NCBI GenBank assembly: GCA_963787835.1
Contig: CAWBEI010000006.1
Location: 165,577 to 229,576 of the forward strand
Source of the DNA: Ignavibacteriota bacterium
GTDB taxonomy: Bacteria > Bacteroidota > Ignavibacteria > Palsa-1295
Direction of reading: 5' to 3'
DNA: 64,000 nt
The position numbers and the translations under genes are program-made. The notes under the pieces were generated by a model. The model was not told where the DNA came from and searched no databases. It worked only from the letters and a program-made list of their open reading frames with translations. Positions 11,989 to 22,923 of this stretch are shown here, one piece after another; the first letter of the stretch is position 1; every line of letters starts with the position of its first letter.

Positions 11989-13265
11989 GATATTTCTGTA
12001 AAAGGCAGATAAGGATGCAAAACATCTGGGATGCGTATTGTTCCATCTTTATCCTGAAACGTTTCTAAGAATGCAACAATCAGGCGGGACGTTGCAAGTC
12101 CGGAACCATTAATGGTGTGCACGAACTCGGGCTTCGATTTTGCATCCCTGCGGAACCGGATGTTCGCCCGCCGTGCCTGGAAATCCTCGAAGTTCGAACA
12201 GCTCGATGCTTCGAGCCACTTCCCTTCCACGGGAGCCCACACTTCGAGATCGTAGGTTTTGGCACTCGAAAAACTGGTGTCACCACTACAAAGAAGTAAT
12301 CGGCGGTATGGAATACCGAGCAATTCAAGAATACGTTCAGCGTCAGCCGTCAGCTTTTCGTGCTCATCATAAGAGGATTCTGGCGTTGTAAACTTTACCA
12401 GTTCAACCTTATTGAACTCATGCACACGCAAAAAGCCGCGGGTATCCTTCCCATACGAACCGGCTTCACGCCGGAAGCATGCACTAAAAGCGCAATGAAG
12501 AAGCGGCAGGTTCTCTGGCAATAATACTTCGTCGGCATACAAATTGGTCACCGGAACCTCAGCTGTGGGAATAGCGTAGAGCGCATCCTCCGGCATGTGA
12601 TAGACCTGATCGGCAAATTTCGGGAATTGTCCGGTTCCTCGAAGCGATTGCGCATTCACAAAGAATGGCGGGAGCACTTCCGTGTATCCATGAGAACGCG
12701 TGTGAAGATCCAGCATGAAGTTGACGAACGCCCGTTCGAGCTGGGCGCCCTTGCCCATATAGACAGGAAATCCGGCTGCGGTAATTTTTGCGCCACGTTT
12801 GAAATCGAAGAGTTGATGTTTCTCAGCAAGCGCAAGATGATCCAACCCATCCCGTTTCTCGTATGGTCGATCGGCATTGGCAGGAGCCCAGCGCTTCACT
12901 TCTACATTAGCAGTCGCGTCATGTCCTGAAGGAACAGTGTTGTGCGTAATATTTGGGATGGAATCCATCATCAGCCCAAGCGTAAGGTCTTTCTCCCGCT
13001 GCAATGTATCCAGGGAAGCAATTTCATCGCTGACAGATTTCATTTCTGCGATGAGGTTATCCGCAGGTTCCTTAGCGCGCTTTAGTTTTGCGATCTCTTC
13101 AGAAACAGTATTACGCTTGCTTTTGAGTAATTCCACCTCTCCGATGATCGCACGGCGTTCCCGATCGAGTTCGAGTACGTGATCGACCACATCTTCCGAA
13201 TGCTTCGCACGGGTCGCAGCACGAACAAGATCCGGATTATCGCGTATGAGTTTTATATCTAACAT
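11985..13265 (-). CDS. serS: Serine--tRNA ligase
   Basis: MLDIKLIR, PTAEVP, FRREAGSYGKDTRG, EASSCSN, HTINGSGLA. Confidence 0.98.
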   Translation of the reverse strand: MLDIKLIRDNPDLVRAATRAKHSEDVVDHVLELDRERRAIIGEVELLKSKRNTVSEEIAKLKRAKEPADNLIAEMKSVSDEIASLDTLQREKDLTLGLMMDSIPNITHNTVPSGHDATANVEVKRWAPANADRPYEKRDGLDHLALAEKHQLFDFKRGAKITAAGFPVYMGKGAQLERAFVNFMLDLHTRSHGYTEVLPPFFVNAQSLRGTGQFPKFADQVYHMPEDALYAIPTAEVPVTNLYADEVLLPENLPLLHCAFSACFRREAGSYGKDTRGFLRVHEFNKVELVKFTTPESSYDEHEKLTADAERILELLGIPYRRLLLCSGDTSFSSAKTYDLEVWAPVEGKWLEASSCSNFEDFQARRANIRFRRDAKSKPEFVHTINGSGLATSRLIVAFLETFQDKDGTIRIPDVLHPYLPFTEIS

Positions 13266-13309
13266 TATTTTTTGCACCGCGACGAATGCGGCAAAATTTT
13301 GGTGAGATT

Positions 13310-14291
13310 TTATTCGTACAAATATAGATCGCTTTTGCCGAGCAATTCTTCCATGCCACGTTCCATAACGCGAAGCCCGTCATCGACATTCGAAAGCCGA
13401 AGTCCCAGATCGGTTTGCGCCTTGAGCGAAACAAGCCCCGTTCGAGAGGGTCGCTCTGCCCGCCAAATTCCGCTTGATTTGAGTTCTGCCATTGTGGTTG
13501 GCAGGATAAGACCGGCATCCAGCCCAAAGACTTCCGCAACACGATTCGCAAATTCAAACCGTGTGATCATCTCTGGCCCTCCGACATGGTATAAACCGAG
13601 GCGTTTTCGTTCCGTTGCTCGAACGATCGCAAGTGCGAGATCATCAACCAATGTTGGAGCGGAGAGCAGATCGGTCGCAGCATGAACCGGTTGCCCATCT
13701 TCAAGTGCTGTAAGGACGGAAAGAGCATAGTTCGCCTTGGCATGTTCCGCCGCGCCATAGACTACGCACGTTCGAAAAATGGTATGTTCGATGCCCGAAG
13801 TCCTTAAAACGTTCTCGCTTGCTAACTTGGTACGTCCATAATAATTGATCGGATGTGGTGTATCCGTCTCGGTGTAAGGGGCGCGCACGCCATCGAATAC
13901 AAGATCGGAGGAGATATGTACGATGCGGGCATTCGACTTTTCGAGCCATCTCCGACAAATGTTCCACAGCCGAAACGTTCGTATGCCAGGCCGTTTCTCG
14001 CTGTGTTTCGGCTTCATCCACTCTGACAAACACCGCACAATTAACGATCACGTCCGGCTTTTCTGCCATAATGACCTCTTTTACAGAAACGCGCTGTGTG
14101 ACATCCATTGGACGGTAACCCCGAATGCGTTTTTCTTTCGAGAGATCGGCAAACAAAGAATTCGGTTCCCTTGCGGTCAGCACGAGTTCGTAATTCGATT
14201 CCTCAACGAACATACGCACCACATGCTGCCCCACGAATCCATGGCAGCCTGTTATGAGTACCGTTGCTTTAGATTTACCCTGAGGAATCAC
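13310..14291 (-). CDS. rfbD: dTDP-4-dehydrorhamnose reductase-like SDR, frameshift in a homopolymer near 13940
   Basis: ITGCHGFVG and VDEAE in ORF 13701..14291; HISSDLVFDG and YGRTKLASE in ORF 13310..14038. Confidence 0.85.
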
Positions 14292-14356
14292 TCGTAATGA
14301 ATAATATGCGTCTTCGATGGTGAAGCTTTAAGAAAGCATGTACTACTATAAACATG

Positions 14357-14422
14357 AAACAAGCGAGGCACGCATTTACGCATCACAGGTGACGCGGATC
14401 ATGCGTAATGCCTCGCTTGTTT
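14357..14422 (-). terminator. Long hairpin downstream of the secreted-protein array
   Basis: aaacaagcgaggca...tgcctcgcttgttt outer stem with ttacgcat/atgcgtaa inner stem. Confidence 0.6.
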
Positions 14423-14475
14423 GTAACTCTTAGGAGTATCGCGCTAGTTTCAATATGCGCAATTATTTTCGAACA

Positions 14476-17400
14476 TTACCGTTCGATGGCGAGCCGTGCT
14501 GCGGCTACTGCTCCGGCCGAACTCATGACGCGCAGGAAGTAAACTCCGTTTGGAAGCCCCGTTGTCGTCAGTTGCGTTTCATGCTCACCGTTGGAAATCA
14601 TTCCTAGCGGTACATTCCTAACTTCACGGCCGGTCACATCGAATATATGGATCTCCGCAACATCGGCAGAAGCAGCATCGAGTGTTACATCCACAAAATC
14701 ACGAGCAGGATTCGGTGAAAGCTCTATGCCCCAGGTATTTGTAGTCAGGCTCGTACTAACACCCGCACCGTTCACAGTCGCAAATCCAGAGATCGGGAAT
14801 TCAGCTTGTTGATTATCCGAGCCGTAGGTCACCGATAGAGAAGCATCCTGTGCATCCATCGAGTGCGGAGCAAACGTCACAGTTACTGGCAAAGAGTCAC
14901 CAGGCTTAAGGGTGACAGGAAGCGATATGTTACCCAAGGTAAATGCTGTTCCAGCGGGAATGATGTTAATGGCCGTAATGCTGGCTGGCGCCGCTCCTGT
15001 ATTGTGAATTTCCACCTGGATCGTCTTCGTCTTTCCAGTATCAACATTTCCGAATGCAATAACAGAAGGCTGAAGCGTCATTGTTGCAGAGGGAGCTGCA
15101 GCAGGTCCATCGGTTAGCGCAATTTTGATGATCTGGGCCGAGCCGCCAGTATTCAATACGGTCATCCATGCCGTATTTCCTGCACCACGAGGATCATACT
15201 CCATGCCACGAACATTGGTTAATTCCCCACCAACCGCGATGGTGAATGAATTTAGTTCCGCACCGCTCTCCGGATCGAGAAAGAGCAGATAGCTCCCATT
15301 CAGGCTCGTGCCCTGAAAATCAGTGTAAGCCAGCAAATATTCACCAAGTTTCGGATCGTATGTTAAGCCACGCGGGCCATAAGTCGCGTTCCGAGTGAGT
15401 TGAAGATCGCTGAGAGGGTTAAGTACGGTGAAGTCCCAGGTTTCATTTAATGCTCTGCTGATAACTTCCTGCTGGCGATCCACGACAAGCAATGTATCGC
15501 CCTGAAGAAATATACCAGTTCCGTACGTTGCCGGTGAAGGAGCACTCCTTACGATCTGACCGGTGGTATCAACCTCGTAAAGATTAGACGTCCATGACTG
15601 TCCTGCTACATACACCTCCTGCAAAAATAAATGTTGCGACACTGGATCATACTTGATTCCCGTAAATCCCTGGCGATTCGATGGATTCGAAACAGGGATC
15701 TTCACCGAATCGAGGATGGTGCCGGCATCCGGATCGAGCTTGAAAATATAATCTTCTGAGGGATCAAAGTCGGTAGCCCAAAGAACATTGTCATCTTTGT
15801 CATAGGCAATATCGTAAGCATAGAACCGCAGATCGGCAACGGTCCCGATCTGATTTCCGGCCTTTTGCTGCGCGATCGAGAACAATGGGGAGATGACGGT
15901 ATCTGCACCGTCGTTCACACGAACGAGCGAATTCTCGCTTGCAGGATAGTTAACGTCTGAAATTGGATAGATCGTATCCGAAACGCCTGTTGCAATATTC
16001 TGCCAGGAAGTGCCACCATCAAGACTGAGATCAAGCGAAACCGTTGGAGCAAAGCCGTGCCATTGGATGCTTGCGGTATCCCCAAGCGTCCAAACAGATC
16101 GTTGTGCGGGTAACACAATCCCAGTAGCATCATCCTGAAGTGGAACTTGCCAGATCGATCGCCCATGTGTACCGGCACGAATGACTCGATTATTGACATG
16201 CACTTCCATGAAGTCAATACCGGTATTGGGCAATCCGGTGCCGTATGGCATCCATTCTGCACCATCATTTGGCGAGAAAAATACCCCGACATCCGTGCCA
16301 ACATAAAGCACCGAAGTATTCTGTGGATCCATCACAATGGTATTAACAGATATGTCTGGCAACCTCGAACTGATGTCTGTCCAATTTGAACCATTATTAG
16401 TGGTCTTAAATATATGACCGGCCCCAAAACCAGAGAGCGTTACATAGAATGTAGTTTTGGATGATGGGCTAAACTTGACCCATGTAACCGCACGAGCCGG
16501 TAAGCCAGCAGATACATCTGTAAAGGTAACGCCATTATTGGCTGTGATATAAACATTCCCACCACCGGTACCAACAAGAACAGTCTTGCCATCTCCAAAC
16601 GCATCGATCGCTGAAATGGTGGTTCCGGCAGAAGCAGAGCCAAACACTTTTGTGCAGTTGGTCCATGACTGACCTTGATTCTTTGAATAGGCCAGCCGCT
16701 GACACCCCCAATAGATAATATCATTCGTAGCATCGGCTGCAAACGGATCGATCCAAACGGTCGAATCAATATTTGCATTTAGTCCGGTATTATTTGAACC
16801 GTTGGGATACACCGTAGGGAAGCTTTGAGGGGTTTCACAATACACGATTGACGTAGTCTTCGGATCGACTTGCGTCATAGTCCCATCGCCACCTAAGATA
16901 TTACCCCAATCGGTGTTGGCAGAAGAACCGGAGAGCGTGCCGTTATCCTGGGTTCCACCGTACGTTACATTACCTTGCGTTTGGTCGATACCTATGCCAT
17001 AGAATTGGGTGATCGGTAAAAGAAATGTTTGCTGTGTGATGGTCGAACCTCCATCTTTCGAAGAAAAGACACCACCATCGTTGCCTAAAAAGACGAAATT
17101 TGGATCAGACGGCGCGAACGCGGCCGCATGCTGATCGGGATGAATGCCGCCTTTATACGATTGTGCAACATCCGTCCAGGTTTGCCCACCATCGAGCGTC
17201 TGCCATACGGAAAGGCCGCCCACAAGCATGTGATTGAAGTTGGTCGGATCGACCTTTATATAAACATCATACCAACCCTGTGGTGGTGTTCCGACCGAGA
17301 AGAGCGGATTGCCTTGCCATTCCTGATCTATTTCAGTCCAAGTATTGCCGCCATCGGTAGATGACTCGATACCGCCCAGATCATCCGATGTCCCGGAATT

Positions 17401-18366
17401 CACATCCAGAACAACAACATTTTGCCAGTTGGCTGGATCGACATCCAGCGCGATTCGAACCATACTCGTGCCTTCTGGGAATGGGAGTGTCGGCGTCAGC
17501 GCCCAGGTATCACCACCATCGGTTGATAGATAAACGCCATTTCCAGCAACACCGGCGTAGAGAACGGCAGTATCGCCATTCATAGAAAGTGCAAGATCTG
17601 AGACGGATTGGTTTTGAGGAAGGCCACCTGCAAGCCACGTCCATGAATTTCCGCCATCGCTTGATCGAAGCACTCCTCCCCCCGATCGGCCAGCAGCAGC
17701 ATAGACAATATTGGAATGATTTGGATTGACGATCACCCGCGTGTAAGCACCGACGCTGCTCGGACCAACATCGGACCAGGTCGCACCGCCATTGGTTGAG
17801 CGCAAAAGGCCATATCCGCCGTAAGCATCAACTGCTGGGGAAAGCTCACCGGTCCCTGCAAAAACGATATTCGTATCATTTGGATCGATCCCGAGCGCAC
17901 CCATAGAAAGTGATTGCAATTGGTCGGTCAGTGGCGTCCAGTGTGCACCTCCATTCGTTGTTTTCCATACACCACCATTGGCAGCACCGACATAAACCGA
18001 ATTCGGATTGTAAGGATTGATCGCAATCGTGTTTACACGGCCTCCAATGTTGTTCGGGCCAATGAGCGTCCATTGAGGTTGTGTGGATTGAATGGTCATG
18101 CCCTCGCGCATAGCATCCCGTTGTTGTTCTGCCTTTTGGAGCGCACCCTGCGGTATGTATCCTAACCCGAAGGTTCTCTGGTGCCAATACCACTTGAACG
18201 CATCGCCGACACCAGCATCACGGTCACCGGGTGCGAGCTGAGGATCAGAATGGTTTTCAGATTTGTATGATGAACTTTCATCCGCCTTTGTAAGCCACTG
18301 GGCGTGGACGGTTGCGGATGCAAAAAGGACGGCAAAAATAATGACGGAACGGCGCGTAGTGGTCAT
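14476..18366 (-). CDS. Large secreted Asp-box (BNR/Vps10-like) beta-propeller protein with second propeller, ASH/choice-of-anchor-D-like Ig domain and T9SS-type CTD
   Basis: 1296 aa; signal peptide; WTLIGP..GGRV; many S/TxDGGxxW repeats; HPDQH; GGTQDNG; IAFGNV; C-terminal SPNPA...GVYFLRV. Confidence 0.9.
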   Translation of the reverse strand: MTTTRRSVIIFAVLFASATVHAQWLTKADESSSYKSENHSDPQLAPGDRDAGVGDAFKWYWHQRTFGLGYIPQGALQKAEQQRDAMREGMTIQSTQPQWTLIGPNNIGGRVNTIAINPYNPNSVYVGAANGGVWKTTNGGAHWTPLTDQLQSLSMGALGIDPNDTNIVFAGTGELSPAVDAYGGYGLLRSTNGGATWSDVGPSSVGAYTRVIVNPNHSNIVYAAAGRSGGGVLRSSDGGNSWTWLAGGLPQNQSVSDLALSMNGDTAVLYAGVAGNGVYLSTDGGDTWALTPTLPFPEGTSMVRIALDVDPANWQNVVVLDVNSGTSDDLGGIESSTDGGNTWTEIDQEWQGNPLFSVGTPPQGWYDVYIKVDPTNFNHMLVGGLSVWQTLDGGQTWTDVAQSYKGGIHPDQHAAAFAPSDPNFVFLGNDGGVFSSKDGGSTITQQTFLLPITQFYGIGIDQTQGNVTYGGTQDNGTLSGSSANTDWGNILGGDGTMTQVDPKTTSIVYCETPQSFPTVYPNGSNNTGLNANIDSTVWIDPFAADATNDIIYWGCQRLAYSKNQGQSWTNCTKVFGSASAGTTISAIDAFGDGKTVLVGTGGGNVYITANNGVTFTDVSAGLPARAVTWVKFSPSSKTTFYVTLSGFGAGHIFKTTNNGSNWTDISSRLPDISVNTIVMDPQNTSVLYVGTDVGVFFSPNDGAEWMPYGTGLPNTGIDFMEVHVNNRVIRAGTHGRSIWQVPLQDDATGIVLPAQRSVWTLGDTASIQWHGFAPTVSLDLSLDGGTSWQNIATGVSDTIYPISDVNYPASENSLVRVNDGADTVISPLFSIAQQKAGNQIGTVADLRFYAYDIAYDKDDNVLWATDFDPSEDYIFKLDPDAGTILDSVKIPVSNPSNRQGFTGIKYDPVSQHLFLQEVYVAGQSWTSNLYEVDTTGQIVRSAPSPATYGTGIFLQGDTLLVVDRQQEVISRALNETWDFTVLNPLSDLQLTRNATYGPRGLTYDPKLGEYLLAYTDFQGTSLNGSYLLFLDPESGAELNSFTIAVGGELTNVRGMEYDPRGAGNTAWMTVLNTGGSAQIIKIALTDGPAAAPSATMTLQPSVIAFGNVDTGKTKTIQVEIHNTGAAPASITAINIIPAGTAFTLGNISLPVTLKPGDSLPVTVTFAPHSMDAQDASLSVTYGSDNQQAEFPISGFATVNGAGVSTSLTTNTWGIELSPNPARDFVDVTLDAASADVAEIHIFDVTGREVRNVPLGMISNGEHETQLTTTGLPNGVYFLRVMSSAGAVAAARLAIER

Positions 18367-18512
18367 GTCTTTTGAATGAAATTAATGGCGATCCATACCA
18401 ATTCTGACATGTTTCGTCGCGTAAACTCTTTGGAATTTATGAATTAAATACAAACCAAAAAGAGAGGCAAAAGTGCCCAGAGTTAATAAATGTGTAGCCA
18501 AGTCCAAACCGA

Positions 18513-20564
18513 TCAATTATGACGAATAACTCGCAGTGAACCCATTCCTTGAGCAGTTCTGAGAATGACCTGATATACCCCATCGGCATCCGGAAGTGTG
18601 AGTTCCATAGGAATATCCTTTTGCAAACCGGCAACGACCTCGCTCCGCTTCGCACCGAGCATATCGTAGATCTCTAAGGTCCCGTTGCTAATATCGGTTG
18701 AAGAAGAGACCCAAACATTTCCCGACGCCGGATTGGGCCATATCCGAAATAGCGGCGCTTGCCCTAAATGCAATAGATCTGAAAGAATTGTTATCCCACA
18801 CCCGGATAGCGTCGTGATGGTACTTGTGACGGGGGTGGGTGCGGAATACTCGCATACGGGAGCATTCAGAACCACTAAAGAATCAAACGTGGCGTGAGCG
18901 GCGGCAGCTGAATCGTTAAACACATTGAACATCGCGTAGCCCAGCAGTGAATCAGGCGCAGCTTTCAAAACCTGAAGCATGGAGCGACCGGGCCATTGCT
19001 CACCCGGAATATCCAACTTCACTCCCGAAGGGGAGAACGAGCCAAGATAATCTAGCGTAGCATCGTAATTCATGACAAAGTTGACGCTCTCCGGACTGAT
19101 GAGCCCATCCAGTGTGATCGGAACGGCAACCGTCCCACCGAGGGTATCCGTGTGTACGTCCTGCGTTAATAGCGTGAGTGTTCTGGATGTAGTGTTGACA
19201 AATCCTGTGAGTGCTACCGTATCGCTCGATCCATTACTAAGCTGGAGCACTAACTCCGCTTGTTGGCTCCCAAGCGTCAGCCCCTGCATGGTAACTAAAA
19301 CAGAATCTTTCGTAAGGCTAACAACACGATAATTCGCAGCATCCGTACCCGTGATGTTAGCCGCCGTCACAGACAAGGGCGAACATCCTCTCGTTGTGAA
19401 AACGACGGAGCGTGTCAGGCTATCGCAAGACACTGTATCACCGGCGAACAATGCTGCCGGTGAGGCAGAAAACCCAGATGGGAACTGGAGAGGAAATCCT
19501 CCGCTGTTCAGGGTTCGCCATACACTTCCATTTTCATCGAGCACAAGCACGATATTATCATTGATCGCCGCAATGCTTCGTGTGTCGTACACTTCATTTG
19601 GCCCGCCAATGTTCTTCCATGTCAGGCCAGAATCCGTGGAACGATCTACTCCTGCCCCACTACCGTTAACGGTTCCAGCATATAGCACGTTAGGGGTACT
19701 TGCCAAAGAGCCGTTGTAATAGTCAAGCGGCTGAGAACTAACAGTCTGCCACATCGAACCAGCATTGGTAGTCAAGTCAATTCGTCCTTCATTTCCACCC
19801 GATTGTGCACCTACATTTTCATTGATCAGATAGAGCCGTTGATCGTTGCAAGAATCCACAGTGAGGTTATAGGAATCGCCGTGATCATTGAGAACGGTTC
19901 GGTCGCCATTGAGAGCGTTCCAGGTTTGGCCAAGATCAGTAGAAGCATCGATCCAACCTTGAATTCCACCACCGAATCTTGATGATTCATTGATAGAAAA
20001 GACATAGATCGTTCTGTCAGAGGCTATCGCAAAGCACAGCGCACCGATCGATGCGGTGTTTGTAGTGTAAACACCATTCCACGTCGCACCTCCGTCATAG
20101 CTCGTGTAAAGAATGCTCGCGTCAGATTCTAAAGCATGAAGCACAGAGGAAGACCCATTAAAGGCTACCTGATCGTAGGTTGGCTGATTAAAACCGTTAC
20201 CACCTGGTTGAAAATTTTGCCAAGTCTGACCGGCATTTACCGTTAAGAATAGCCCATCATCAATCGTACCAACAAGTACATGCAGCGAATCATAGATGGC
20301 AATGTCCGTAATGCCTGAGTTAGCAGTAAACGAAACTGATTGCTTCCAGGTGATGCCAGAGTCATTCGACGAATAAAGCGAATACGTACCGGCCCATGCC
20401 ACTCCACCGTGAAAACGGATGGCGCCGATGTGTTGTTGCTCGGGAAGAACTAAATTCCGGGAAACCTCCCTCCACTGCGCGCGAACAGAGTGCGTAGTGA
20501 TTACAAGCGCGCATATAGCGATAGCAGATCTGCTTAAACTGAATATCCTCATGCCGTTTAGCAC
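18513..20564 (-). CDS. Secreted Asp-box beta-propeller protein, one Ig-like module, T9SS-type CTD (paralog 1)
   Basis: Signal peptide ending AQW, Asp-boxes, WPNPA...EIYDMLG...GVY. Confidence 0.88.
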   Translation of the reverse strand: MLNGMRIFSLSRSAIAICALVITTHSVRAQWREVSRNLVLPEQQHIGAIRFHGGVAWAGTYSLYSSNDSGITWKQSVSFTANSGITDIAIYDSLHVLVGTIDDGLFLTVNAGQTWQNFQPGGNGFNQPTYDQVAFNGSSSVLHALESDASILYTSYDGGATWNGVYTTNTASIGALCFAIASDRTIYVFSINESSRFGGGIQGWIDASTDLGQTWNALNGDRTVLNDHGDSYNLTVDSCNDQRLYLINENVGAQSGGNEGRIDLTTNAGSMWQTVSSQPLDYYNGSLASTPNVLYAGTVNGSGAGVDRSTDSGLTWKNIGGPNEVYDTRSIAAINDNIVLVLDENGSVWRTLNSGGFPLQFPSGFSASPAALFAGDTVSCDSLTRSVVFTTRGCSPLSVTAANITGTDAANYRVVSLTKDSVLVTMQGLTLGSQQAELVLQLSNGSSDTVALTGFVNTTSRTLTLLTQDVHTDTLGGTVAVPITLDGLISPESVNFVMNYDATLDYLGSFSPSGVKLDIPGEQWPGRSMLQVLKAAPDSLLGYAMFNVFNDSAAAAHATFDSLVVLNAPVCEYSAPTPVTSTITTLSGCGITILSDLLHLGQAPLFRIWPNPASGNVWVSSSTDISNGTLEIYDMLGAKRSEVVAGLQKDIPMELTLPDADGVYQVILRTAQGMGSLRVIRHN

Positions 20565-20565
20565 G

Positions 20566-22860
20566 TTAGTGGTCCAGCACGACGCGAAGCGAACGTGTTC
20601 CGTTGATAGAGGTTACCATGACGGTATAAACCCCACTTCTCGCAGGAAGTAACAACTCTTTCGGATTTTTTTTATCGATCTGGGTAGAAATAGCGCTTTG
20701 CCGAACACCAAGCATGTCGTAGATCTCGATCGTAGCATCACCAACATCCTGTGAGGAAGATAGCCAAACATTCCCATTTGTCGGATTTGGCGTAATACTG
20801 AACTCCGGGAGATCTCCTAAATGAATAGCGTTGGAGATGATGGGGACCGAACACCCGGAAAGCGTGGTCATTGAACTTGTGACTGGCAGCGGCGAGGAAT
20901 ACTCGCACGCAGAAGTAGAAGTCAAAACTATAACGGAATCGAAGGTGGCGTGGGAAGCAGCGTTGGAATCGTTAAACACATCGAAGTAGGCATACCCTGT
21001 CACCGTGTTTGGTAATGCGCCGATTATGGAAAGCACCGACCGTCCCGTAGATTGTTCGCCCGGAACATCCAATTTCGTGCCCGAAGGCGAAAATGATCCA
21101 ACATAGTTCACGGAACCATCATAACTGAGCAACATCTGAACATTTTCCTGCCGATCGAGACCATGAATGGTCAGTGGGATTGCGACCGTTCCCCCAAGCG
21201 TATCGGTTTGGGCATCTTGCGTCGAGAGGCTAAGCTGGAACAACGATGAGTTCACAAATCCCGCAAGATAAACGGTGTCAATGGCATCGTTATCCAAATA
21301 GAGAAGGAGTTGCGCGATTTGATTCCCTTGCTGAACACCATAGAGTGTTATTTCTATCGAATCCTTCGTGAGCTGACTTGCACGGAAGTTTAATGCATCC
21401 GGCCCCACGATTGCATAGGAAGAAACGGAGGGTGGCGTACACCCCGATCTTTTAAACACAACCGTGCGTGCAAGGCTATCGCATGCAATGGTGTCAGTCC
21501 GGAATGCAGTGTCAGGAATGACGCTGAGAACACTGGGCAAAAGGTTAACATATCCGGCAAGCGATACGGTGTCACTCGTTCCATTGTCCAGAGAGAACAC
21601 CAACTGGGCGCGTTGCTGACCCTGCCGAGAGGAAAGAAGCGTCACTGAGATGGAATCCTTCCTGAGATCGCTGACAGCATAGCTGGAGGCATCCGCGCCA
21701 ATAACAGACCATCCAGAGACAGAAGGTGGATCACAATTGCCTTTTTGGAATTGCACCGATCGAGTGATGCTATTGCAGGAGGCTGTATCGGAAGTGAATA
21801 GTGCAGCGGGCGAAACCGAAAACGAAGAAGGCAATGGAGGAATATTAAGAGAATCTCCTCCGCTATTGAATGTGGACCAAATGTTGCCCGCGGAGTCTAA
21901 GGCAAAAATGATATTATCGTTGATCGCAGCGAACTGCCGGCAATCGGCAGAACAACCAGAGCCGCCAATATTTATCCACGAGTTACCTTTATCGACCGAG
22001 CGGAGGATACCGTCGTTTAACGTTCCGACATAAAGCGCTTGGCCAGAATTCGAAATAGAGCCAACTAAATACGGGATCTGATGAGCAAAGGTAATCGTCC
22101 AGGTTTGCCCAGCGTCCGGCGTCATGTAAATCTTGGAATATCCATCCCCAGACCAGTGAAAATCCTCGTTGGAAACGTAGGCGCGGGATGCATCGCAGGA
22201 ATCGACATCGATGGAGTAAGAATCGGCATCGAAGGCCGGTGGTTGCGAGAACCATGTTGCGCCGGTATCATGGCTTACATCGAGATACGCACTGCCGACA
22301 CCTGGTGCGTTGCCGGGAGATGCATTGACGTAAATAGTTCCGTCTATCGCCTCCGCAAAGGTGATCGCGGCGGAGGCAGTCCCAAAATTCGACTGTTTCC
22401 AGGTTGCACCCTCGTCGGAAGAGATCAGAAAGGCCCCGCCATCGTCAACGGCATACAACACATTTGAATGACGCGCGAACGAGATGCGATAGAACCCTCT
22501 GCCGGAAATGCTACTCCATGTTTGCCCACGATCGTGCGTAATGAAGGTTCCATTCCACGTTGTTGACACTACCCCGGTATTTCGATCAAGGAAGGAGATA
22601 TCAAGGATCCCTCCGTAAGGAATATTCCCTGCGGTAAAGTTGGTGGTGTACCAATTTTTTCCGGTGTCCGGGCTGTAGATCAGGTCAGAGCCACCGGCCC
22701 AAATTATTCCATCTTTATACTCCATAGCTCCCCAGGAGTACCGAGGTACGACGACCGGAGCCAAAATGCGCCATTGCCCCCACGCACCCTCGGTTGCAAC
22801 CAAGAGCGCCAGAAGCGCAAACCACATCCGTTTACGAGAGCAAATGAGCATAACTTCCAA
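20566..22860 (-). CDS. Secreted Asp-box beta-propeller protein, two Ig-like modules, T9SS-type CTD (paralog 2)
   Basis: Same architecture; DSYSIDVDSCD, AINDNIIFALDS, TPNPT. Confidence 0.88.
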   Translation of the reverse strand: MEVMLICSRKRMWFALLALLVATEGAWGQWRILAPVVVPRYSWGAMEYKDGIIWAGGSDLIYSPDTGKNWYTTNFTAGNIPYGGILDISFLDRNTGVVSTTWNGTFITHDRGQTWSSISGRGFYRISFARHSNVLYAVDDGGAFLISSDEGATWKQSNFGTASAAITFAEAIDGTIYVNASPGNAPGVGSAYLDVSHDTGATWFSQPPAFDADSYSIDVDSCDASRAYVSNEDFHWSGDGYSKIYMTPDAGQTWTITFAHQIPYLVGSISNSGQALYVGTLNDGILRSVDKGNSWINIGGSGCSADCRQFAAINDNIIFALDSAGNIWSTFNSGGDSLNIPPLPSSFSVSPAALFTSDTASCNSITRSVQFQKGNCDPPSVSGWSVIGADASSYAVSDLRKDSISVTLLSSRQGQQRAQLVFSLDNGTSDTVSLAGYVNLLPSVLSVIPDTAFRTDTIACDSLARTVVFKRSGCTPPSVSSYAIVGPDALNFRASQLTKDSIEITLYGVQQGNQIAQLLLYLDNDAIDTVYLAGFVNSSLFQLSLSTQDAQTDTLGGTVAIPLTIHGLDRQENVQMLLSYDGSVNYVGSFSPSGTKLDVPGEQSTGRSVLSIIGALPNTVTGYAYFDVFNDSNAASHATFDSVIVLTSTSACEYSSPLPVTSSMTTLSGCSVPIISNAIHLGDLPEFSITPNPTNGNVWLSSSQDVGDATIEIYDMLGVRQSAISTQIDKKNPKELLLPARSGVYTVMVTSINGTRSLRVVLDH

Positions 22861-22923
22861 CGAGCAGAGCGAATGCCGAGTGGATCAAACACACATTTTG
22901 GGGGTCTTTTTTGCACAAGCACC